Part shown: one piece after another, positions 1-7,793 of the stretch
Numbering within the stretch: the first letter of the stretch is position 1
How the letters are laid out: each line of letters opens with the position of its first letter
The notes under the pieces: generated by a model
Seen by the model: only the letters and a program-made list of their open reading frames with translations
The model's database searches: none
Told to the model about the DNA's origin: nothing
IMG/VR virus record: IMGVR_UViG_3300034072_002256
Coordinates: 11,274 to 75,273 of that record
Source: a virus
Length of the DNA: 64,000 nt
Strand: one strand, 5' to 3'
Translations under genes and position numbers: made by a program

Positions 1-1
1 G

Positions 2-478
2 TTAGGCCGCTGCCCAGTTTGTCACAGTCACATTCAGCTGGACGCATTGATCCAGGATGAAGCTGGCCGTCAGCTACTTGGCCTGATGTCAAAGCTGGGT
101 TACCAGCTGGCACCGGCGCTGGTGAGTTATCTGGGCCTGTTCCGGCCCGCCAAACAAGACCTATCCAATGGCCGCGCTTTAAATCTGGCGCAAGAAACAC
201 TGGCACTGACATCTAACCAGCCGTTGTTGGCTGAGGCACTGCGCGAGACTGTGCAAAGCATTCACAACAAACGGCACCAGGGCGAAAACAAGCCGCTGGC
301 CAATCACAACTATCTAAGGCGGGTGATGGAAGCCAAGGCGCAAGCGCCGGTGGCCAATCGTTCGCCCAGTATTGAGCTGAAGCAACAGCACCAGCTGTCA
401 GCAGCGGAAGACCGCAGATTGTTTGAAGAGCGCATGCAGCAGTTAGGCGGCCGTGTATTTACCAAGGTGGAACCATGA
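2..478 (+). CDS. Mu-like early hypothetical protein with N-terminal CxxC (5'-truncated by window)
   Basis: Near-identical to 39302-39784 (MKLGRCPVCHSH...); window starts inside its first codons. Confidence 0.85.
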   Translation, partial: LGRCPVCHSHIQLDALIQDEAGRQLLGLMSKLGYQLAPALVSYLGLFRPAKQDLSNGRALNLAQETLALTSNQPLLAEALRETVQSIHNKRHQGENKPLANHNYLRRVMEAKAQAPVANRSPSIELKQQHQLSAAEDRRLFEERMQQLGGRVFTKVEP

Positions 479-897
479 GCGAACAGCAGTTAGACGCCTT
501 TTCGACGCCAGAAGAACTGCAGGATTTACTGCAGCAGTTGGAGAATTTGCCTGACGACCAGCGTCAGGATGTGGTGAAACGCATTCCGGCCATGCTCCAA
601 AGCCTGATGGCACTGTTCACCAGTGAGCTGCGCAGCAAAGGCGCCAAGGATCCAGAACGGCTGGCAGAACACCTGGTGATTTGCATGGCGAACTACTTTG
701 GCGGCATGCAGCTGTATTTACCACGCAACGATAAGCTGGCGCTGGAACTTCGCAACATCCGGATTTACCAGCAACACCGGGGCGGCAATACAGAACAGCT
801 GGCGCGCCAATACGGCCTGACGTCAATTCAGATTTATCATATCGTGCGGGAGCAGACTGTGGCTGAGCGGGCTAGACGGCAGATGGGGTTGTTTTAG
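475..897 (+). CDS. Mor/C-family transcription activator
   Basis: FGGMQLYLP...RNIRIY...LARQYGLT..QIYHIV motif typical of Mu Mor/C; position before late genes. Confidence 0.9.
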   Translation: MSEQQLDAFSTPEELQDLLQQLENLPDDQRQDVVKRIPAMLQSLMALFTSELRSKGAKDPERLAEHLVICMANYFGGMQLYLPRNDKLALELRNIRIYQQHRGGNTEQLARQYGLTSIQIYHIVREQTVAERARRQMGLF

Positions 898-910
898 AAA
901 CGCTAGGTTG

Positions 911-940
911 TTGAGTCTTTTAAATGTTTTCCGTTATAGT
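911..940 (+). promoter_or_regulatory. sigma70-like promoter for the ParB-like/methylase cassette
   Basis: TTGAGT-18bp-TATAGT upstream of ATG 970; conserved in P2 upstream of 40276. Confidence 0.55.
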
Positions 941-969
941 CACAAAATTGACCATGCAAAGGAAAGCCA

Positions 970-2418
970 ATGTACTCTTCTGAAACTCTCAACCTCGCAA
1001 AACTTGTTGTTAACCAAGACAATCCTCGATTTCCTGAACCTCAAGAAAATCAAAGAGCTGCAATAAACACAATGCTCAGGTTACAACAAGATAAGTTAAT
1101 ACAACTGGCAACTGATATTTGCGAAAGAGGATTAGATCCGACTGAAAGAGTTTTAGTGGTGCCATCGATTGAATATGAGGGGCGCTTTAAGGTCCTCGAG
1201 GGAAATCGTCGTATAACTGCGCTTAAAATTTTGCACGAAAATGGTTTGATAGATGATGAAAAGACAAAAGCTGTTATAAGCCGACTAGCAAAAACAGCTC
1301 AGTCACTACCTCAGACAATCGAATGTGCAGTTCTGGAGGATGAGGCAGACTCTGAGCACTGGGTTTCATTGAAACATACAGGACAGAATAGTGGAAAGGG
1401 TCGTGTTGAATGGCAAACTACTGAAAAAGAACGTTTTAAAGCTAGCCTAGGCAAAGAATCCTATACGAATCAATTTTATACATATCTTATGTCGGAAGAC
1501 ATGTTTGAAGATATGAGAGCTGATATCAAAAGGTTGGTCAAACCTACGAATATAGGTCGCTTGCTAGGCGATCCGCATGTTCGAAAATGTCTCAATTTGG
1601 AGCCAATAAACGGTTTTTTATTTTGCAAGATTTCTAAAGAACAATTCTTTGATAAGTGTTATGTGTTGGTCAATGAAATGCTTGGTAACGGTGCTATCGA
1701 AAACTTTCGAGTGCAGAACATTTTTTATAAAGAAGACCGCTCAGGTTTGATGTCAAAGCTCCGCATCAATGAGTTTTTCACTGGATTGAGAGACAAACCA
1801 TGGAAAATTAGTGAGCCTCAGAAATATCAGGAAGAAACACCGAATTCGCAAACTCAGGGAAGTGAGACTCAGCAAAGTGGTTCTGAAAAAAGCAGAAATG
1901 CCAATCAAGAAAGCACTTCCACTACTACTGATACGACTAAACCTGATAATAAAGAAACCGGCAGCAGGAAGCATCGACCTGAAAATTCAGATAGGAATAA
2001 ACTGATTAGTCAGTATTTTACGCTTAAAATTGAGTCTCAAAAGTGCAATGAGATATTTAAGGAGCTGAAAACGAAGTTAGTTCCTATTGAACCGTATAAA
2101 TACAGCATTAGTGTAATGATACGAATTTTTCTCGATTTATCAGTCTCATACTTCATCGAGCATAGAGTACCCAAGGCAAAGAGAGTAAAATGCCAAGGGC
2201 TACATGAAAAAATAGTTTTTGTTAGCAACTACTTGCGAGACAATGACGAATTGGCACCGAGTCAAGCGACCGCAGTACAGACATTTTCCAGCTCTGTTAC
2301 GGGGAGAACTGGTGATTTACAACAGTATGTACATAACGAAAGTTTCCAGCCCGAAAAATCCAAGCTTATTGCCGAGTGGGATAATTTTTCTCCCTTATTT
2401 CGCGCTATCTGGAAATAA
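970..2418 (+). CDS. ParB/Srx-like N-terminal domain protein with low-complexity linker and HEPN-like C-terminus (putative defence effector)
   Basis: NQDNPRF and VLEGNRRITALK motifs (ParB/Srx fold); S/T/Q-rich linker; C-terminal LQQYVHN motif; AT-rich relative to flanks. Confidence 0.7.
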   Translation: MYSSETLNLAKLVVNQDNPRFPEPQENQRAAINTMLRLQQDKLIQLATDICERGLDPTERVLVVPSIEYEGRFKVLEGNRRITALKILHENGLIDDEKTKAVISRLAKTAQSLPQTIECAVLEDEADSEHWVSLKHTGQNSGKGRVEWQTTEKERFKASLGKESYTNQFYTYLMSEDMFEDMRADIKRLVKPTNIGRLLGDPHVRKCLNLEPINGFLFCKISKEQFFDKCYVLVNEMLGNGAIENFRVQNIFYKEDRSGLMSKLRINEFFTGLRDKPWKISEPQKYQEETPNSQTQGSETQQSGSEKSRNANQESTSTTTDTTKPDNKETGSRKHRPENSDRNKLISQYFTLKIESQKCNEIFKELKTKLVPIEPYKYSISVMIRIFLDLSVSYFIEHRVPKAKRVKCQGLHEKIVFVSNYLRDNDELAPSQATAVQTFSSSVTGRTGDLQQYVHNESFQPEKSKLIAEWDNFSPLFRAIWK

Positions 2419-2433
2419 CAAGGTCAATTTGGA

Positions 2434-3288
2434 ATGAGATACTACACCCCGTTACGGTACCCAGGTGGAAAAGGCAAGCTTTCCTATTTCTTAAAAGCGT
2501 TGCTAGAAGATAATAATCTTGTTGGAGGCGCTTATGTAGAGCCATTTGCTGGTGGTGCAGGGATAGCCTTAGAATTGCTCCTTCAAGAATTTGTTAGCGA
2601 GATTTACATAAACGACATCGACTACGCTGTTTATTCTTTTTGGCGCTCTGTTATCGACCACACTGAAGATTTGTGTGCTGCTATTGAAAATACAGCAGTG
2701 ACAATCGATGAATGGCATAAGCAACGTGAAATACTGAAATCTTCAGATGACATTTTGGAATTAGGGTTTGCTGCGTTTTTTTTAAACAGAACAAATCGGT
2801 CAGGGATTCTCAATGCAGGTGTAATCGGAGGGAAAAAGCAAGACGGAAAGTGGAAACTTGATGTCAGATTTAACAAGGCGGAGCTAATCGAACGAATCCG
2901 AAAAATAGCAAGTCATAGAGAGCGTATTCATGTTACCAATATGGATGCTGTTCAATTCTTAAACACAATCACACATATTTTGCCGCGTCGTTCTTTAATT
3001 TATTTAGACCCGCCCTATTACGTAAAAGGGCAAGGTCTCTACAGGAACTTTTACGAACATCAAGATCATGTAGATATAAAAAATGTCGTCGCGAGTATTC
3101 CTGATATTCCTTGGATGGTTTCGTACGACAATTGCCCTGCGATTAGAGAAATTTATTCAGATTTTGAAATCTTTGAGTACGCACTCCAGTACACGGCGCA
3201 GGATAAGAAGGTTGGTTCGGAACTAATGGTTTTCTCCGACTCACTAGCACTGCCTGAAACAACGCTTGGCAAAAGTCTAGTAGCTTAG
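2434..3288 (+). CDS. DNA adenine methyltransferase, D12/Dam class
   Basis: PLRYPGGK, EPFAGGA (SAM-binding), YLDPPYY (catalytic), VSYD motifs. Confidence 0.93.
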   Translation: MRYYTPLRYPGGKGKLSYFLKALLEDNNLVGGAYVEPFAGGAGIALELLLQEFVSEIYINDIDYAVYSFWRSVIDHTEDLCAAIENTAVTIDEWHKQREILKSSDDILELGFAAFFLNRTNRSGILNAGVIGGKKQDGKWKLDVRFNKAELIERIRKIASHRERIHVTNMDAVQFLNTITHILPRRSLIYLDPPYYVKGQGLYRNFYEHQDHVDIKNVVASIPDIPWMVSYDNCPAIREIYSDFEIFEYALQYTAQDKKVGSELMVFSDSLALPETTLGKSLVA

Positions 3289-3360
3289 TTAAGTAGTTTA
3301 ATCTCAACAGTTTATCTAGAAAAACTAATCTGCGGTCACCAATGACCAACCGCAGATTAG
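3288..3360 (+). promoter_or_regulatory. Putative Mor/C-activated late promoter plus RBS-sequestering hairpin (lysis operon)
   Basis: GTTAAGTAGTTTAAT-N23-TAATCT; 12-bp stem CTAATCTGCGGT/ACCGCAGATTAG (3325-3360) ending 4 nt before ATG 3365. Confidence 0.65.
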
Positions 3361-3364
3361 GCCG

Positions 3365-3799
3365 ATGTCCCCCAAGCTTAAACTCCATTTAAAAACTCAT
3401 TCTTTTTCCCACGGCACCTATGGCGAACTGTTTGACGGTAATACCGGCGAACGGCTTTGCGTAACGGTCGAATGCCCCTGGTTAAACAACGAAGCGGGCC
3501 GCAGCTGTGTGCCGGCCGGCGACTATGTTGTTGAATTCCATGTCAGCCCACGCTTTGGCAAATCCCTGATTATTGCCGCACCAAGTCTTGGTGTTACCCA
3601 CGAAGGCCCGAGCCTTCGCACTCACTGTTTATTCCATGCCGCTAACCGGGCGTCAGAACTCAAAGGCTGTATTGCGCCAGGTGTGCGTTTTGGCTCTGTT
3701 GACGATGACTGGGCAGTGCTGGATTCGCGTAAAGCACTCGACAAGCTGCTGGTACTGGTTGGCAACGATAAAGTGCCACTGCGTATCGAGCGTGCGTGA
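3365..3799 (+). CDS. DUF5675-like protein, probable endolysin
   Basis: TVECPW..N...SCVPAG.Y, H.AN...L.GCI.PG motifs; first gene of late operon, upstream of holin. Confidence 0.7.
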   Translation: MSPKLKLHLKTHSFSHGTYGELFDGNTGERLCVTVECPWLNNEAGRSCVPAGDYVVEFHVSPRFGKSLIIAAPSLGVTHEGPSLRTHCLFHAANRASELKGCIAPGVRFGSVDDDWAVLDSRKALDKLLVLVGNDKVPLRIERA

Positions 3800-4056
3800 T
3801 GGGGCGCAACTGGGACTGGAGCTTTGACTGCGGGCGCGAAAAACGCCTGCAGGCAGAGCACGCAGCTGCCCACGGCGGCGCACCGGTGCCGGTTAAACCA
3901 CCTCTGCATAGCCATGACGGCACGATGCAATCTTTCTTCGAAAATGGCTGGGCCTCGCCAACACCGGTGGAGATCCAGCGTCATATCCACCCACCGCCGC
4001 CGATTGGTTTACAACTCAAAACCAACCAACGGCTGCGCGACCTGTTAGGAATTTGA
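3796..4056 (+). CDS. Hypothetical phage protein in lysis module
   Basis: Coupled to neighbours; conserved in P2 (43102-43362). Confidence 0.7.
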   Translation: MMGRNWDWSFDCGREKRLQAEHAAAHGGAPVPVKPPLHSHDGTMQSFFENGWASPTPVEIQRHIHPPPPIGLQLKTNQRLRDLLGI

Positions 4057-4058
4057 TT

Positions 4059-4637
4059 ATGTCCATTGCACTTGTGGCCAGCGTGGCCGCCATGGCTGTG
4101 CGCCAAGGTCCAAACGTGATCCGCGGTATTGCGTCTTTATTTGGCGGGAATGATACCGCTGACAAAGTGGCCAACATTGTGGAGCAAGTCGGCAGTATCG
4201 CCGGTATCAGTCCGGAGCAAAAAGTTGCGAAAGTCGCCGAGAAAATCGCAGCGCTGCCACCGGAAGTATTGCTGGGGTTAGAACAGCTCAAAGTGGAGCT
4301 GGAAAAAGAACAAACCCGGCGCCAGGAGCTGGCTTACAACGACCAGCAAACCACGCACCGCGAAACCCAAATGACGATCCGAAACGGCGATAACGCCACG
4401 GACGAATATGTCCGTCGAACCCGGCCGATGATGGCCCGGCAGTCGTTTTATCTCGGGTCGTTGTATGTGATTGCGATGGAGCTGTTGCTGGCGATTGGTA
4501 AAACAACCACTGGCGCCGATTGGGCACTGGCCATGGCGATTTATACCCCAGCGCTTAGCTACATGGGCCTGCGGACTCTGGATGGCTTTGCGCCTTTTGG
4601 TAAAAACAGCAGCCAAAAGCCAGGGAAGCCGGCATGA
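4059..4637 (+). CDS. Putative holin (3TM/GTA-holin-like)
   Basis: Coiled coil, then D.YVRRTRP and two hydrophobic helices ending Y.G.RT.D. Confidence 0.7.
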   Translation: MSIALVASVAAMAVRQGPNVIRGIASLFGGNDTADKVANIVEQVGSIAGISPEQKVAKVAEKIAALPPEVLLGLEQLKVELEKEQTRRQELAYNDQQTTHRETQMTIRNGDNATDEYVRRTRPMMARQSFYLGSLYVIAMELLLAIGKTTTGADWALAMAIYTPALSYMGLRTLDGFAPFGKNSSQKPGKPA

Positions 4638-4867
4638 CAGATGTAATCGACCAGGCTGCACTGCGGGAAGAGCAGATCCGACAACAGGCTATCAATGCTG
4701 TGCTTAGCAAACCGCTTGAATCTCAGGATATCGACGACGCGGGCAATCATTACTGCAATGACTGCGGCATTCAGATCCCGCCCAAACGCATTGCTGCAGT
4801 GCCCCATGCCGTGTGCTGTATCGACTGCCAAACCATCCGCGAACACAAGGGAAAGCACTTTGTTTGA
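4634..4867 (+). CDS. TraR/DksA C4-type zinc-finger protein
   Basis: D.IDQA N-terminus; C.DCG..IP..R...VP....CIDCQ. Confidence 0.9.
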   Translation: MTDVIDQAALREEQIRQQAINAVLSKPLESQDIDDAGNHYCNDCGIQIPPKRIAAVPHAVCCIDCQTIREHKGKHFV

Positions 4868-5198
4868 AGACATCAATTACACCGGGGCCAAGTTCTGGCT
4901 GGACTTTCTGCAAGTCGCTTTTACCGCGTTGATTGGCTTGTATGTCTGGCTCAGCAAGCCCACCAAGCAAAACAAAATCGCCACTGAACAGCTCAAGGAC
5001 ATTCTGGTGGCGCAGGACCGTCGACTGGGAGAACTGGAGTTAAAGCTGCAGTTCATTCCAGACCAGGACGAATTCCATGCCCTGGATAAAAAGGTGTCTG
5101 AGCTGGTCGGCAAGATGGACAACGTGCATGGCCGGATGCGCAGTGTCGACCAAAAACTGGATTTATTAATCGAAAACGAACTGCGAGGGAAATCCTGA
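4860..5198 (+). CDS. Mu gp25-like (DUF2730) membrane-anchored coiled-coil protein
   Basis: Likely TTG start at 4860; N-terminal TM helix, coiled coil ending LLIENEL; Mu gene order. Confidence 0.7.
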   Translation: MFEDINYTGAKFWLDFLQVAFTALIGLYVWLSKPTKQNKIATEQLKDILVAQDRRLGELELKLQFIPDQDEFHALDKKVSELVGKMDNVHGRMRSVDQKLDLLIENELRGKS

Positions 5199-5488
5199 TG
5201 TTGCAGGAATTGATGACCGAACATCAGCGGCTGGCCATTTTACGCCTGCTGGCTGAGGACTCAGGGTATGACCTGAACGAGTCCATTTTACATGATGGCG
5301 TGAATGCGCTGGGGCTGGATATCAGCCGGGACCAGCTGCGGACACAGTTAGCCTGGCTCAGTGAACAGGGCTGTGTGACGCTCGACAAAGTTGGCTCTGT
5401 GCAGGTCGCCAAATTGACCGGACGTGGCTTAGACGCCGCCACAGGCCGCGCTCGCATCCCAGGGATTAAACGCCCAACACCACAATAA
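5198..5488 (+). CDS. Mu gp26-like winged-helix protein
   Basis: RLAILRLL...N.SIL...SRDQLRTQLAWL.EQG...RG.D.A.G....PG..RP. Confidence 0.8.
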   Translation: MLQELMTEHQRLAILRLLAEDSGYDLNESILHDGVNALGLDISRDQLRTQLAWLSEQGCVTLDKVGSVQVAKLTGRGLDAATGRARIPGIKRPTPQ

Positions 5489-5500
5489 AAGGTGCCCCCG

Positions 5501-6082
5501 ATGAATGACAAAGTCACCAGGGGCCGTCGCAGCAAAATCCATCTGTTACCCGAAGAGATCCGGCGTGAGCTGGACGCCAAGCTGCGCGATGGCCGCCTGA
5601 CCCAGCAAGACGTGCTGGACTATATCAACGACCTTATCGAACAAAGCCAACTGCCTGAAGACGAAAAGTCAGAGCTGAAAATCAGCCGCTCTGGCCTGAA
5701 CCGTTATGCGACTCATCTTGAAACCATAGGCAAAGACATTCGCGAACTGCGGGAAGTTAGCAATGCATTGGTTGCACAGCTTGGCGACAAACCTACTGGT
5801 GATGTCAGCAAGATGATTTTGGAGATTGGCCGCACTCAGCTGTTCAAAGCCATGATGCAGCAGTCGTCAGCGGAAGAAATGGATATCGGCCTGATTAAGG
5901 ACGCCATGTTGGCTGCACAGCGCCTTGAAGCTGCAGCGATGCAAAGCCATAAGCGCGAAAAAGAGATCCGCCAGTTGTTTGCCGCTGAGGCTGCCGAAGC
6001 TGCTGAAAAAGTCGCGAAGCAAGCCGGTTTAACCGCCGAAGGTGTGGCCACGCTTAAACGTGAAATTCTGGGGATCGCCTGA
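5501..6082 (+). CDS. Terminase small subunit (Mu gp27/DUF3486-like)
   Basis: GRRSKI..LP, ISRSGLNRY motifs; immediately before terL. Confidence 0.85.
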   Translation: MNDKVTRGRRSKIHLLPEEIRRELDAKLRDGRLTQQDVLDYINDLIEQSQLPEDEKSELKISRSGLNRYATHLETIGKDIRELREVSNALVAQLGDKPTGDVSKMILEIGRTQLFKAMMQQSSAEEMDIGLIKDAMLAAQRLEAAAMQSHKREKEIRQLFAAEAAEAAEKVAKQAGLTAEGVATLKREILGIA

Positions 6083-7782
6083 TGAAGCTGCGTAAGGTCA
6101 TTCAGGCGTCTGTGCTGGCAAGCAGCCTGGTGCTATCGCCTTTGGCTCAGGCGATTCAGGTCAAAGCACCGGCCAGTCAATCAGCCATTGCAACCAATGC
6201 GCCTGTGCTGCAGGTGACAGCCGCGCAGAACGCGCAGGCAGTTGCTGATCACAACGCAGGCCAGCTCAGTCTGTTTGATCCTGGCGAAGTGTTGCTGGGT
6301 TACCAGAAACGCTGGATAGCGGACGAAAGTCCTTTAAAAATTGCTGAGAAAAGTCGGCGAACCGGCATTACCTGGGCAGAAGCATGTGATGCGGTGCTGT
6401 GTGCATCCACCCGGCGCCAGGATGGCGGCTGCAACCATTTCTATGTGGGCAGCAACAAAGAGATGGCCCGCGAGTTTATCGAAGCGGCGGCCATGTGGGC
6501 GCGGGTCTTTAATAAAGCCGGTTCAGAAATTCAGGAAGAGCTGTTTGTTGATGATGGCCAAGAAGGCAAAGAGATCCTGACCTTTGTCGTGCACTTTGCC
6601 AGCGGCTACAAGATTCAGGCGTTAAGCTCCAACCCGTCGAACCTTCGCGGTATGCAGGGTAATGTCACCATCGACGAAGCCGCATTCCACGAACGTCTGG
6701 CCGAAGTATTAAAGGCTGCCCTGGCATTGACCATGTGGGGCAGTAAAGTCCGTTTAATCAGCACCCATAACGGCATTGAAAACCTGTTCAACCAGCTGAT
6801 TCAAGACAGCCGCGCCGGCAAAAAACGCTACTCAATCCATACCATCACGCTGGATGATGCCTGCCGCGATGGTCTGTACCAGCGCATCTGCCAGACACGA
6901 AAGCTCAGCTGGAGCATGGAAAAAGAAATCGAGTGGAAGGAAGGTCTGCTTAAAGACACCGCCACCGAAGAAGACGCGCTGGAAGAATATTTCTGTGTGC
7001 CCAAGGCAGGCTCCGGGGTCTATCTCAAACGGACGCTGATTGACCGGGCTATGGTCAAAGAAGTGCCGATTGTGCGCTTTAAGCCCTCCAAAGATTTTGA
7101 ACTCTTGCCGGAATCCACCCGCGATAAGCTGGTGCTGGACTGGTGTAACGACGTTCTGAAACCATTGCTCGATGCGCTGCCGGATAACTGCCGCCATGTG
7201 TTTGGTGAAGACTTTGCGCGCCGGGGCGACTTGTCGGTTTTTGTCCCGCTGACCATCAAACCAGATCTCACCAAGCGGGTGCCGTTTGTGGTGGAGCTAT
7301 CAGGCACCACCTATGACGCCCAGCGCCAAATCATGTTTTACATCCTGCAGCGATTACCCCGGTTTACCAGCGCGGCTTTTGATGGCACCGGTAACGGCGG
7401 CTATCTGGCTGAGGCGGCCCGGCTTCGCTATGGCACTGAAGTGATTGACTGCGTGATGCTCAGCCAAGCCTGGTATCGCGAGTGGATGCCCAAGCTTAAA
7501 GCTGAGTTTGAAGACGGCAACATCGAGATCCCGCGCCACCAGGATATTCAGGATGACCTTTGCAAAATCCAGCTCAAGAACGGGATCCCGCAAATTGAGA
7601 AAGGTTCAGGCAGCGGCTCTGATGGCCAACAGCGTCACGGCGACTTTGCAGTAGCGCTGGCCATGGCCATTCGCGCCAGCTGGATGGAAGGCGGCAGTAT
7701 TGATTTTATTCCATTGCCCGGACGCACTGAAGCCGGCGATGACGACGATGACTTACCCAGCCATGACATTGGCTGCTTCTGA
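6082..7782 (+). CDS. Terminase large subunit (Mu gp28-like)
   Basis: EKSRRTGITW, IDEAAF (Walker B), ISTHNG, GEDFAR.GD and HGDFA nuclease motifs. Confidence 0.95.
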   Translation: MKLRKVIQASVLASSLVLSPLAQAIQVKAPASQSAIATNAPVLQVTAAQNAQAVADHNAGQLSLFDPGEVLLGYQKRWIADESPLKIAEKSRRTGITWAEACDAVLCASTRRQDGGCNHFYVGSNKEMAREFIEAAAMWARVFNKAGSEIQEELFVDDGQEGKEILTFVVHFASGYKIQALSSNPSNLRGMQGNVTIDEAAFHERLAEVLKAALALTMWGSKVRLISTHNGIENLFNQLIQDSRAGKKRYSIHTITLDDACRDGLYQRICQTRKLSWSMEKEIEWKEGLLKDTATEEDALEEYFCVPKAGSGVYLKRTLIDRAMVKEVPIVRFKPSKDFELLPESTRDKLVLDWCNDVLKPLLDALPDNCRHVFGEDFARRGDLSVFVPLTIKPDLTKRVPFVVELSGTTYDAQRQIMFYILQRLPRFTSAAFDGTGNGGYLAEAARLRYGTEVIDCVMLSQAWYREWMPKLKAEFEDGNIEIPRHQDIQDDLCKIQLKNGIPQIEKGSGSGSDGQQRHGDFAVALAMAIRASWMEGGSIDFIPLPGRTEAGDDDDDLPSHDIGCF

Positions 7783-7793
7783 CGGTACTCACC

